A stretch of 64,000 bases of DNA, from IMG/VR virus record IMGVR_UViG_3300047509_000088, positions 31,371-95,370 of that record. One strand, 5' to 3'. Source of the stretch: a virus. Position 1 is the first letter of the stretch. Each line of letters opens with the position of its first letter. Position numbers and translations under genes: made by a program. The notes under the pieces are model-generated. The model did no database searches. It was not told where the DNA came from and was given only the letters and a program-made list of their open reading frames with translations. Shown piece after piece: positions 47,447 to 57,547 of the stretch.

Positions 47447-50400
47447 ATGGCCAGCATAGCCCTACGCGGTACGCCGACCTCAACCCTCAACTCGACGACC
47501 GACTCAACCATTATCAATGTCCCGACCGGCGTCCTGGACGGCGATCTCCTGATCATGGCCGCCACCACCCAGGCCAACAACGGCGGTACCCCGCCAACCG
47601 TCGCCACTCCGACTGGCTGGACCAAGTTCGGTCAGGTGGCTGGGAACTCGGCCAGCTTCTCGAACTATAGCTTGGCGCTGTTCTGGCGGATCGCGGCCAG
47701 CGAGCCGGCCAGCTATACGATCACGGACGGGACGCCGGCCGTTCACCGCCTGGACGTGTCGATGATGGCCTTCTCGGGGACGGACGGCACCGCGCCAATT
47801 GCCTTGACGGCGGTGTCGACGCATGGCAACTCGGACAGCAGCACGACCAACCTCGTTTCGGCCGATCTGGGCACGACGCCGCGTGACGGTTGCTGGCATG
47901 TGATCTGGTGGGTTGATACCGGCAACATGGCCGGGGCGCCCACTGGATATACGCGAGACCTTTCCCTGGGCGGTCCGACCAAGGCGGTCGACCATAAGCT
48001 GATCTCGCCGGCCGGTTCAACTGGCGCGCAGACCGTAGTCAATACCGGGAGCGGCTCCTGGGCCACCTGGACGCTGGCCATCACGCCGGCATTCGTGGCT
48101 CGGACGGCAGCCGATACGATCGTAGCTCAGTCCGACTCGGCGGCCAGGCATACGATGGCGTTTGTTCGGACCGGCGCCGACACAATGGTCAGCCTGACTG
48201 ATCTGGCTAACCGGCTGCTGAAGTTTGTTCGGACGGGCGTGGATACGTTGGTCAGTCAATCCGATCTGGCGGTTAGGTCGGTGATGGCATTGGTCCGGAC
48301 GTCGGCCGATATCCTCGTTAGTCAATCCGACTTAGCGGTTAGGGCGGTTATGGCATTTGTTCGGACAGCGGTTGATCCGAACGCGATCCTGGAGCGGGGC
48401 TCTCCGACCAGCGCCACCGGCACCAACTCGGTCACGATCAACAAGCCGACCGGGGTGGTGGATGGCGATCTGATGATCATGGCGATCACGAGCTATTCCA
48501 TCCTTTCGGGCGGGACTACGGCAGTCCCGAACACGCCGGCCGGCTGGACCTCTCAGGGCGAGGCGCATACCTCCAGCGGCAGCGCCATCAACACGGACGT
48601 AGCTATCTATACGAGGGTGGCTTCGTCGGAACCGAGCAGTTATGCCGTCAGCTCCTCGAACTCGGGCACGCCCACCATGCACGGGAGCGTCATCGCGTTT
48701 GTCGTCCCTAATACTGGAGCGCCGTTCGATCTCAACAAGGGATTCCTGTTCGAGATCGGCAACACGGGGAATGTGACGTGCGATGATCTGGGCACGACGT
48801 CGATCGGCGGCTGCTGGCACGTGATCTGGTTCTCGGCGGCCAACGGCATCTCGGGCGGGGTTCCGGCTGGATACATCCAGGATTTGGCGTTTGCTTCGAC
48901 CGACGAGATGATCTGCCACAAGATCATCAGCCCAGCCGGCGCCACCGGCCACCAGACATCCGCCAGCACGGGGACGTACGTGGCCTGGACGTGCGCACTG
49001 ACGATGGCGTCGGCTCCGATCACCGACCTGGCTAACCGGCTATTGACCAAGCTGCGGACCGGGGTTGATACGATCGTTAGTCAGTCTGATGCAGCGGTCA
49101 GGCCGGTTATGGCGTTTGTCCGGGCGAGCGTCGATACCCTTGCGAGCCAGACCGATTCGGCAGCCAGGTCGGTTATGGCGTTTGTCCGTACGGCGCCCGA
49201 TCAAATCGGGGAGGTGATTGAGTCGGCCGTCAGGTCGGTTATGGCGTTTGTTCGGACGTCTTCCGATACGACAGTCAGTCAATCTGATCTGACGAACAGA
49301 GGATTGATGGCGTTTGTCCGGATAGGGGCCGATTCAACCCAGACCATAACGGACCCTGCGATTAGGCCGGCCATGACCTTTGTTCGGGCGGCTCCCGACC
49401 AAATTGGAGAGATCCTTGAATCTGCGGTCAGGTCGATTATGACCTTTGTTCGGACGGGGGTCGATTCAATCCTCGAAATAACCGGCTTCGCGAATCGTCT
49501 GACTGCGGCTAGGCGGGCCGGCGGCGATCTGATAGCCGAAGTGACGGACGTCGCGATCAGGGTCATAACCGGAGTAGCCGTCATAGCAGCGGACACGATC
49601 CTGGAGGTGACGGATCAAGCCGCCAGGTTGATGGCTTTAGGTAGATCGGTTATTGACAGTTTGTCGGTTGATGAGATAGTAGCGAGGTTGCTGGGGCTGG
49701 GGGTTGGCGCAGTCGACCTGATCGGAGAGATTAATGAGTCTGCGGTCAGGCCGGCTATAACCTTTGCTCGGTCCGCGCCTGATCAGATCGGAGAGGTTGT
49801 TGACTCTGCGGTTAGACGGCTGATGCAGTTTGTTCGGACGGCGCCAGACCAGGCGCCGGAGATCCTTGAGTCTGCGGCTAGATCGACGATGACCTTTGCT
49901 AGGTCGGTATCCGACTCAACCGGAGTAACCGATCTCGCCGTGAGGTTGGAGGGGATTGTCCGGACGGCGCCTGATCAGATCGGAGAGATCCTTGAGTCGG
50001 CGGTCAGGCCGGTTATGACCTTTGTTCGGACGGCCGGTGATCTGCTGGGCGCGATCTTCGATTCAGCCGGCGGACCCGGCCAGGTGGTCCGGATAGCAAT
50101 TGACTCAACCGCTGAGGTGACTGACTCTGCGGTCAGATCGATCATGCAGTTTGCTCGGGCGGCATCCGACCAGACTGGAGTAAGTGACCTGGTAGGTAGA
50201 CTGATTGGTCAGATAAGGGTGGGATCTGATTCGGTGACGGAGGTTGCTGATTCTGCTGTTAGGCGGGCGATGGTCTTCGTCAGATCGGCGGCGGATTCAT
50301 CTGGGGTAAGCGATCTTGTCATTAGGCTGGTTGCGGTTAGAAGGTCAATTGGCGACCCTATCCCCGGAATAACCGACGCAGCCGTGAGATATGGGACGGC

Positions 50401-51976
50401 GCTTGCGCTGACGGCGGTTGATTCGGTTGGTGAGATTGTGGAGTCGGCTCTACGAGGGATCGGGATAGTCAGGCTGGGGTTGGATTCGGTACGGGAGATC
50501 ATTGATTCGGCGGTACGGGGGCTGATCGCTCGGGTTAGGGCGGCGGTCGACTCGGCTGGTGTGGGCGACTCGGCGGGACGGCTGGTCAACCTGCCCCGAG
50601 TCGCCCTGGACCAGGTTGTCGACGTAGTCGACCTGGCAGTAAGACGGCCCATGACGTTCATCCGATCAGCGGTCGATAACCCGGTGGTGATCACGGATCT
50701 CGCGATCAAGCTGGTGGCGGATCTCCGGACGGCGGCGGATTCGCTCGGACCAATTGCGGACTCAGCCGGTAGATCGGCGATGCACCTGATCAGACAGGCC
50801 GGTGACTTGCTCGCGGCGATCTTGGAGGCGGTTGATTCCCCGGGCAAGCTGTACCGGTTCGCGGTCGACTCAATCGCCGCAATCCCAGACAATGCCTCGC
50901 GGTCAGCGATGGCCTTCATTAGGTCGGCGGGTGATTCGGCGCTGGTTGCGGATGCGGTTGACCGAACCCTCCGGATTACGGTTGGCGCAGTTGATCTGGT
51001 AGTAGAAGTTCGTGACCTCGCGGCCAGACAAGCGATGTCCTTTAATCGAATTGCAGGTGACGTCTCGGGTGTGACGGATTTGGCAGTAAGACGGGCGATG
51101 ACCCTTGTCCGGGCCGGAGCAGACCAAACCGGAGTAACTGATTTCGCTATGAGGCTGGTCGGACTGGGGCGGTCGGGCGTGGATTCGATCGTCAACGCAG
51201 TTGACTTGGCGGTAAGAGGTTCAATGGTCCTCGGTCGAATCGCTAGCGATTTGATGTTGGGTATCCCTGATGTGGCTGGCAAGCTCAGTCGTCTCTACCG
51301 GACTGCGGTTGATTCGATGCCGGAGATCCTTGCCTCGGCGGTTCGGTCCGCGATGGCCCTGCTCCGATCTGCCGCCGATGCCTTTCAGGTCAACGACATC
51401 GCTACGCGAACGGTTACCCTGGGTCGGGCAGCCCTGGAGGCGGTTCCGAGCCCAGGAGATACCGCATATCGCGCCCAGATGGCATTTGCCCGGGTCGCGG
51501 TCGACACCATGGCCAGCCTGACCGACCTGGCGCACCAGGCCCAGGGCAGGTATCGGGTCGCGGCCGATCAGGTGGTCGAGGTTGCGGAGTCTGCGGTTCG
51601 GCCGGTTATGCAGTTCGTTCGGGCGGCCGTGGATCGAATCGACGTAGTCGATCTGGCCAAGCGAATCGAGATGTCGTTCTATCGGACAGCCGGCGATGCT
51701 ATGCACACGATCGGTGATCTCGCGCACTCAGTTCGTGGTGCTTTCCGGTTCGCGGGAGATCTGATTGTTGAGGTAGTCGATCTGGCCGAAAGAAGTCCGA
51801 TGGCCTTTGTCCGAGTGGCCGGTGATCTGCTCGCCCTGATCCGGGACGAGTCTTACCGGGTGGGGACGATTGGCGCCTACCTGGTCAAGGCGGGCCAGCC
51901 ATTTACGCGATGGGTTGCCAAGGCGGTGCTAGGATGGCGGGCAGGCCCGACCGATACGGGCGGAGATCACGACTAG
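47447..51976 (+). CDS. Large repetitive tail fiber / virion protein
   Basis: Two homologous ~200-aa domains (PTGV.DGDL..TP.GWT..ASEP.SY..CWHVIW) plus dozens of 21-23-aa repeats (AVR..M.FVR.A.D). Confidence 0.8.
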   Translation: MASIALRGTPTSTLNSTTDSTIINVPTGVLDGDLLIMAATTQANNGGTPPTVATPTGWTKFGQVAGNSASFSNYSLALFWRIAASEPASYTITDGTPAVHRLDVSMMAFSGTDGTAPIALTAVSTHGNSDSSTTNLVSADLGTTPRDGCWHVIWWVDTGNMAGAPTGYTRDLSLGGPTKAVDHKLISPAGSTGAQTVVNTGSGSWATWTLAITPAFVARTAADTIVAQSDSAARHTMAFVRTGADTMVSLTDLANRLLKFVRTGVDTLVSQSDLAVRSVMALVRTSADILVSQSDLAVRAVMAFVRTAVDPNAILERGSPTSATGTNSVTINKPTGVVDGDLMIMAITSYSILSGGTTAVPNTPAGWTSQGEAHTSSGSAINTDVAIYTRVASSEPSSYAVSSSNSGTPTMHGSVIAFVVPNTGAPFDLNKGFLFEIGNTGNVTCDDLGTTSIGGCWHVIWFSAANGISGGVPAGYIQDLAFASTDEMICHKIISPAGATGHQTSASTGTYVAWTCALTMASAPITDLANRLLTKLRTGVDTIVSQSDAAVRPVMAFVRASVDTLASQTDSAARSVMAFVRTAPDQIGEVIESAVRSVMAFVRTSSDTTVSQSDLTNRGLMAFVRIGADSTQTITDPAIRPAMTFVRAAPDQIGEILESAVRSIMTFVRTGVDSILEITGFANRLTAARRAGGDLIAEVTDVAIRVITGVAVIAADTILEVTDQAARLMALGRSVIDSLSVDEIVARLLGLGVGAVDLIGEINESAVRPAITFARSAPDQIGEVVDSAVRRLMQFVRTAPDQAPEILESAARSTMTFARSVSDSTGVTDLAVRLEGIVRTAPDQIGEILESAVRPVMTFVRTAGDLLGAIFDSAGGPGQVVRIAIDSTAEVTDSAVRSIMQFARAASDQTGVSDLVGRLIGQIRVGSDSVTEVADSAVRRAMVFVRSAADSSGVSDLVIRLVAVRRSIGDPIPGITDAAVRYGTALALTAVDSVGEIVESALRGIGIVRLGLDSVREIIDSAVRGLIARVRAAVDSAGVGDSAGRLVNLPRVALDQVVDVVDLAVRRPMTFIRSAVDNPVVITDLAIKLVADLRTAADSLGPIADSAGRSAMHLIRQAGDLLAAILEAVDSPGKLYRFAVDSIAAIPDNASRSAMAFIRSAGDSALVADAVDRTLRITVGAVDLVVEVRDLAARQAMSFNRIAGDVSGVTDLAVRRAMTLVRAGADQTGVTDFAMRLVGLGRSGVDSIVNAVDLAVRGSMVLGRIASDLMLGIPDVAGKLSRLYRTAVDSMPEILASAVRSAMALLRSAADAFQVNDIATRTVTLGRAALEAVPSPGDTAYRAQMAFARVAVDTMASLTDLAHQAQGRYRVAADQVVEVAESAVRPVMQFVRAAVDRIDVVDLAKRIEMSFYRTAGDAMHTIGDLAHSVRGAFRFAGDLIVEVVDLAERSPMAFVRVAGDLLALIRDESYRVGTIGAYLVKAGQPFTRWVAKAVLGWRAGPTDTGGDHD

Positions 51977-51989
51977 GTTGAGCTGAGAA

Positions 51990-52205
51990 ATGGACATCGT
52001 ACGAACCGCCAGCGACTCAATCGGTCCCGTACTGGACCGGCCGATGAAATACGTCTCGATATTGTTCACGGTCGGGCGTCTGGGGTTGGCCTGGCAGTCG
52101 TCTGAGCCAACGGTTGCCTTTTCTGTTGGCCGTCCGGTGTTTAGTTGGTCTGCTTCCGAGGTGATGGTGGGCTGGCGATCAGGTCAGACACAGAGAGGAG
52201 GTTGA
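51990..52205 (+). CDS. Small protein resembling the C-terminus of the preceding repeat protein
   Basis: VRTASDSIG..D; (V/A)G.P...W.. repeats. Confidence 0.55.
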   Translation: MDIVRTASDSIGPVLDRPMKYVSILFTVGRLGLAWQSSEPTVAFSVGRPVFSWSASEVMVGWRSGQTQRGG

Positions 52206-52206
52206 G

Positions 52207-52518
52207 TTGGCAGAGATTAGTTCGCTCTCTACAGAGTACGTCTTGGTCCCAGTGTCCTTCGTGGACCCGGTAACTGGGGCGCAAATAGATCCGACTGGCG
52301 ATACGATCGCGATGGCCTTCACTCAAGGGTCGGCTGATCCGGCGGGTCCGGACTGGGTCTCGGCGACCTGGCGGTCTGGCGGTCCACCGTATGTCGCACA
52401 GACACTTGTCGGTCCCAACGGGAAGGCGCTGGCGAAGGGAGGGTGGAAAGTGTGGACCAAGATCACATCGAATCCAGAATTACCGGTGCTTCGCGCCGGC
52501 TATCTCAAGGTGACCTGA
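52207..52518 (+). CDS. BppU-like small structural protein
   Basis: SD GGAGG; IDPTG..W..WTKIT..PE.PV..AG.LKV. Confidence 0.6.
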   Translation: MAEISSLSTEYVLVPVSFVDPVTGAQIDPTGDTIAMAFTQGSADPAGPDWVSATWRSGGPPYVAQTLVGPNGKALAKGGWKVWTKITSNPELPVLRAGYLKVT

Positions 52519-52614
52519 CGCGAAAATTGGACACACGAAATTAATCGGTAAAATCTGTCCGACTGATCCGGGCCCGAAATTGAGCAAACAGTTTTGGGTG
52601 GTAGAATCTGCCTG

Positions 52615-52944
52615 ATGCCACTGAAACGGGCTCCGATGTGCAGGGTCGGAGGCTGCCCCAACAGACAGCCCTGTCCTCGACCTGGTCATGATCTACGTCG
52701 CCAACGGTCAATTGATTCGGCCGAGTGGAATCGTCTGTTAAAGCTCCGAGCTTGGATCTTGCGTGCCAGGGAATATCAGCGCAAGTATCCCGCATGCGCC
52801 GACTGTCTCTCCAACGGCAAGATAGTCCTCGGTGTCGACGTTCACCACCTTGTGCGCCGCGAGTTTCCCTGGGAAGCAACCGATGATGAGCTGATGAACC
52901 TCTGCAAGCCACATCACTCGACCAGAACCGGCAGGGGAGAGTAG
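52615..52944 (+). CDS. HNH endonuclease, packaging-associated type
   Basis: CRVGGC, W.KLR, PACADC, DVHH, NLCKPHHSTRT. Confidence 0.85.
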   Translation: MPLKRAPMCRVGGCPNRQPCPRPGHDLRRQRSIDSAEWNRLLKLRAWILRAREYQRKYPACADCLSNGKIVLGVDVHHLVRREFPWEATDDELMNLCKPHHSTRTGRGE

Positions 52945-52984
52945 CGATCCCAACGGTATCGATCCGACCAAACAATCGTTCTAG

Positions 52985-53013
52985 TTGTGCTGTACGCTTA
53001 GACCTGATATGCT
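52985..53013 (+). promoter_or_regulatory. Promoter of the tRNA, with TGTACGC box
   Basis: TTGTGC TGTACGCTTAGACCTGA TATGCT. Confidence 0.7.
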
Positions 53014-53033
53014 CTTGATCGCAGGTGGGTGAC

Positions 53034-53108
53034 GGGCCAATAGCTCAGCCTGGACAGAGCAGTCGACTGCTAATCGACAGGTCGGGAGTTCAAATCTCCC
53101 TTGGCCCA
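53034..53108 (+). tRNA. tRNA with GCT (Ser) anticodon on a short-variable-loop, non-Ser body
   Basis: GGGCCAA/TTGGCCC acceptor, GCTC-AGCCTGGACA-GAGC D arm, GTCGA-CTGCTAA-TCGAC, 5-nt variable loop, GTTCAAATC, A73, no CCA. Confidence 0.9.
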
Positions 53109-53681
53109 TCTGCACTCAAAGGTTCATAATTCGAGAAGAGGTCGGCACGGAGTAGCACCTCCCCGCAGGCGCAGGGCGTCAGCCGGAGACCCGAAGAGAA
53201 ATCTAGGGGTGCGTGTCGACCTCAACCTTTTCTCCCAACGGTCAGATTGTCAAATCGCCCAACGGGTAGACCCCAACGGTCAGATTGTCAATTTGCCCAA
53301 CGGCTTGACTATCACAAAGCCTAACGGTCCATAGGCATGCTTTCTGATACCCAAGATCATCAGCTCCCCGGGCAGCCGGAACCCTCTGGTGAGGATTCCG
53401 TCTGAGCCACTAGGTCGCGATGCCTACCCGAGACATCCCGCCCGAGTTCACCACCTGGTTGCATTTTGGTCCCCAGCGCTACCAGGAAGACTGGGCTGAT
53501 ACCAGGGCCCGCCGAGACCCCATGACCAAATCGGATGATAGCATCATCAACGGTCGTATCATTTATTCGCTAGGTCGAGTGCCAACACGGCCAAGTTCGA
53601 ATGGGCGGGCTCCCGTTAGGTGATTCCGGGGGGCCCGTCCATTTTTCCCAAGGGGGCCCGCCGGTCGTCAGGCCCGCCGGT

Positions 53682-53755
53682 CAAACGGCCCGCCGCGTGC
53701 CAAAGCGCCAAACGGCCCGCCGCGTGCCAAAGCGCCAAACGGCCCGCCGCGTGCC
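53682..53755. repeat. 27-bp tandem repeat (CAAACGGCCCGCCGCGTGCCAAAGCGC), about 2.7 copies
   Basis: Direct reading. Confidence 0.9.
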
Positions 53756-53942
53756 GTCCGGCTCGGCCGGTCGTGTCTATGGTGCTGTCTACGAACATTC
53801 ATACGATTTGTATTCAGCGCTGTCTACGAACACTTGTCCGTAGACAGCAATTCGCATTGCTGTCTATGCGTCTATGGGGTATGAGGCACGCGCAGAGTCC
53901 GGTACGCACACGTACCGGGCCCGAGTTCGTGTACGAACCATC

Positions 53943-54078
53943 CGTCAGGCTCGGCCGGTCGTCAGGCTCGGCCGGTCGTCAGGCTCGGCCGGTCGTCAGG
54001 CTCGGCCGGTCGTCAGGCTCGGCCGGTCGTCAGGCTCGGCCGGTCGTCAGGTTCGGCCGATCGTCAGGTTCGGCCGAT
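53943..54078. repeat. 17-bp tandem repeat (CGTCAGGCTCGGCCGGT), 8 copies
   Basis: 6 exact plus 2 variant (CGTCAGGTTCGGCCGAT) copies, no spacers. Confidence 0.95.
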
Positions 54079-54377
54079 CTGATCTCAGCCGGGCCCTGTA
54101 GCGCCACACGAGCCTCAGCCTTGCCTCAAAACCGCTTAGGTGGCTCCGGATACTCCCGCGCCTTTTTCGAGCCGTACGGGCCGTTAGACGGACTCGCCTA
54201 AGCCTCAGCCTCGGCGCAGATTGCCTTACCCCTACTCCGACACTTCGGGCCCGGTTTGGCGTCAGGTAGGGCATTAGGTGGCTCGACAGGAGTAGCCTCG
54301 GATGAGTTTGTCCGGCGCCGGATCGTCCGACTACGACTCGACAGGTGGTAGTCAAATGCTGACTACCACCTAGACAC

Positions 54378-54421
54378 AAAAAAAGACTCGACAGACGAGA
54401 TGATCCGTCTGTCGAGTCTTT
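54378..54421 (-). terminator. Intrinsic terminator closing the leftward early-like region
   Basis: AAAGACTCGACAGACG..CGTCTGTCGAGTC followed by T7 on the minus strand. Confidence 0.8.
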
Positions 54422-54992
54422 ACTCTGGCGTACCGTGCCGATACCAGTGGGCGTAATGCATTCGACAGAAACCATGTCCGTAATGCTTGCGTCCACATTC
54501 ATCGATGGAACAATTATGCTGAGGGGAGGAGGCGGTTTCCTTCCGTAGTTGAGCATGGAGTTTGGAATGTTCGCTAGGTGTTATCCATCGTAGATGAGTA
54601 GGGTTGACGCACCCATGATCGAAACATAGATGGTGCGGTACGGTACCTACTGGGGGTTTGCCGATCATGTAGTGGTAGATAGCAGAGTGAAGTTTGAAGC
54701 CCTCGGATTGAGCATATCCTTGGGAATTGTGACTTTTGCTATCCCAATGCCAACATCCGTTTGTGTCAGTAGTGATCTTGCCGAGCCATCGTTCGATGAG
54801 CGCCAGGCGCTGCGGCCGATATTCTCGGTAATGAGGGCCGCACATTCCAAATGCAGCGTAGCCACGTCTGTCACATTCGTCGATTATGCACTTGGGCTTA
54901 GCCTGTCGGTATTGGCGTCCATAGTGAAGGACACATAGCCCAATCGCGTGTATCGGTCGTCCGCAATCGCTGATCAAACATACAGGGTTCAT
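54420..54992 (-). CDS. HNH endonuclease with Cx4C..CxxHY Zn-finger repeats
   Basis: NGCWHW, PHHLCFDHGCVNPTHL, three CxIxxC..HY repeats. Confidence 0.9.
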   Translation of the reverse strand: MNPVCLISDCGRPIHAIGLCVLHYGRQYRQAKPKCIIDECDRRGYAAFGMCGPHYREYRPQRLALIERWLGKITTDTNGCWHWDSKSHNSQGYAQSEGFKLHSAIYHYMIGKPPVGTVPHHLCFDHGCVNPTHLRWITPSEHSKLHAQLRKETASSPQHNCSIDECGRKHYGHGFCRMHYAHWYRHGTPE

Positions 54993-55056
54993 CTAGGTTC
55001 TATTTTACCCTCAAAATGCAAAAGGTCCGGCCGGACATCACTGTCCGGCCGGTCCT

Positions 55057-56784
55057 CTAGTTCCTGTCGGTTCGTCCGACTACGATTCCTGACGCGCCAG
55101 CCTTGACGCTGTCGCGAACCCTGATGGCTTCGGTTCTGTCGAGAACGAAGATCGACACACGATCCCCGTCGGTATCTCGACCGCACACGAGCCAACCATG
55201 TTTGCCGCTTCGTACGGCATAACGAATCTGGAGTCTTGCGATCATCCCTGGGGCCTGATGGTCACGTGGTATGCCATTCGCGGCGCCCAGTCTGCTGAGC
55301 CGACGCGAACGGGATGCAGCACGACCGACGGGTCAAGCTCGGCATGGTCAAGCGGCTTGTGCGTGTACGGGTTGATGGCGCCGGGAAGCTCGTTCCGGTA
55401 GGCGACGACGCTGTACGGCCGCACAGTCAGCCCATCATCGATCAGGTAGAACGCGCCGGACATCTTGCGGATGAATCCGACTCGCGGGAGATTGACGATC
55501 ACGTACATCGTCTGATCGTCCGGCGTGTGCTCGAATCGGCCGGTCCCGGGGATGGGGCCGCTGTACCTGATCGCTTCGAACCGGCCGGTCTCCGAGCGGC
55601 GGCCCCACGGCTCATACCGGTTCAACTGGATACTGGCGTCCATCCTGTCGACACGGCCGAAATTCCGAGCAATGTCGTCCATGTACGTCTCAAGCTCTGA
55701 TGTTCTCATACCCGAAAAGGCCCGGCGGCCCATCACTGGGCCGCCGGTACAGCTAGGCTACAGACGAGGACAATGGATGTAGCGGCAGAGATGGAACGGC
55801 TTGGACTTGCCCTTTGTCGGCGGTACCTGCTTGTATGGGCTGACGTAAGGCACGTACGGCGGGTAGACGTACGGGGATGGCGTCGGAGCGGGGGTAGGTG
55901 TCGTCATGACCCATCCTGCCGCTTCCGGGCCCGGTGCTGGAGGCGCAGTTTTGCCGATGATCGACATCAGCAAGAGAATGCCGAGAACCGCAAGCGCCGC
56001 TTTGACTCTACCGTTCATCTCCGGTTTCTTCGGTTAGACGTCGGTCGGTTAGACGGTTGGTCGGTTGTTCGCCTGACTGGCTTCTTTCCCTTGCCAGTCT
56101 GCCAGGTGATCAGGATTGCGACCATCAATCCGGCGATTGCCCAGGGATGATCCAACAGCCATCCAAGCAGCGCCAGCGCTACCAGGATCACTATGACTAT
56201 GAGGCATCCGCCTTGGGTCTGACGTGTGGTTACGAGCCTCATCTCAGTACAGGTTACGGATTTTGGGCGGACTCGACCGACGAATCTTGTGCTCTGGCAT
56301 CTCGGTCCAGCCGTCAAACCATGGTCCGAGCTTGCGAGTCCGAGCCTTGCCGACCTTGGTGGTGCATGTCGTGCTTGACGAATCCAGGGATGAGCAGTGC
56401 TTCTGTACTTGCGCGAGCGTCAGACCCGTGTCGAGAGTGCGGTTTGGGGTGTCGCGGTTCTGATAGAAGCGGATCAACTGGTACATTACGAATTCCGTCC
56501 CATTCCGGACAGACCCATTCCGTATGCGGACAGGAACCTGTATGCCTGATTGAGCCCGAGCGTCGTCTCTATTCCGTTTTCGGGCCCGAAGTAGGTTTGA
56601 CCAGGTCCGGCGCCGGGAGTGTTGAGGGTTGAGTCGAGCGTGACTTCGCCCGTCCACGGATTGACGCTCGCGAAGTTTCGGATCCGGAAGAACCGATACC
56701 TGACGGCACCGTCGCCAGGAGCCCACGTTCTGACGGTGAGTCCTCGTGCCCTGGCTGCTAACTCTAGGATTTCAAGTCTGGTCA
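55057..56784 (-). other. Small early-type genes (55057-55245, 55242-55709, 55758-56018, 56015 to about 56240, about 56300-56486, 56486-56784)
   Basis: Packed short ORFs; two with TM helices. Confidence 0.55.
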
Positions 56785-56819
56785 TTGAACGTTCCTTTTG
56801 TTTCATGTATCCTGTAGGG

Positions 56820-57347
56820 ATGCGATTTTGTTCTGTCGAAGGTTGCGGACGACAACACGTATCTCGCGGATGGTGCTCGCAGCATTACTATCTGTACGTG
56901 AAGCGCGGACACCCTAGCTCTCCACCTTTGATTGAGCAGTGGCTAGACGAATGGGTCATCGTCGGGACTGATGGATGCTGGCATTGGCAAGGCCGTTTCA
57001 ACGATGACGGATACGCGCTAAGGAGCGGCGGAGTCAAGGTGCATATCCATGCTTACCGATTCCTGATTGGAGATCCGCCGGCCGGTATGTCGCCACACCA
57101 CACATGTTTTAATCGTGATTGTGTCAACCCTACTCACCTTCAGTGGATGACACCGGGGAATCATGCACGTCTTCATCATCCACGTAAGAATCGACTCTGT
57201 TCGATCGATGGATGCGATCGGCCGCATAAAGCTCGTGGATGGTGCCAAATGCACTATGTTCGTTGGTGGAGCCACGGTACGACGGACTTAGAGCTGAGGC
57301 AGGACACGCTGGGACGTTGGCGTTACGGCCGGTTAACCCTGGGCTAG
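56820..57347 (+). CDS. HNH endonuclease with Zn-finger repeats (leaderless, opposite strand)
   Basis: DGCWHWQG, PHHTCFNRDCVNPTHL, CSIDGC..HY; promoter TTGAAC-N17-TATCCT-N6-ATG at 56785-56813. Confidence 0.9.
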   Translation: MRFCSVEGCGRQHVSRGWCSQHYYLYVKRGHPSSPPLIEQWLDEWVIVGTDGCWHWQGRFNDDGYALRSGGVKVHIHAYRFLIGDPPAGMSPHHTCFNRDCVNPTHLQWMTPGNHARLHHPRKNRLCSIDGCDRPHKARGWCQMHYVRWWSHGTTDLELRQDTLGRWRYGRLTLG

Positions 57348-57547
57348 ATACCTGGTCTGCCCATCTCCTGGCGACCACGTTCGAACCGTCAGCCCGCGAC
57401 CTCTCGCCGCAAGCTCCAGCCTCTCAAGTCTTGTCATGTTGTCTGTTTGGCTCCTTTTTCGAACAAGTGTTTGTTAGGAACTGTTAGATTGTCGAATCTA
57501 ACAGTTTTTGAATACGAATTGGGGTCGAATCTAACAAATCGCGGTCC

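Noticed and set aside
49279-51727. Long antisense ORFs (e.g. 50209-51282) opposite the fiber gene, and similar shadow ORFs such as 6535-7383 and 8084-8875
   Set aside because: Expected from GC-rich codon bias and repeats; no motifs or translation signals.
53943-54078. Possible CRISPR array
   Set aside because: The 17-bp units are directly adjacent with no unique spacers, and there is no cas operon.
53420-54201. ORFs across the tandem-repeat zone
   Set aside because: Translations are just repeat-derived peptides.
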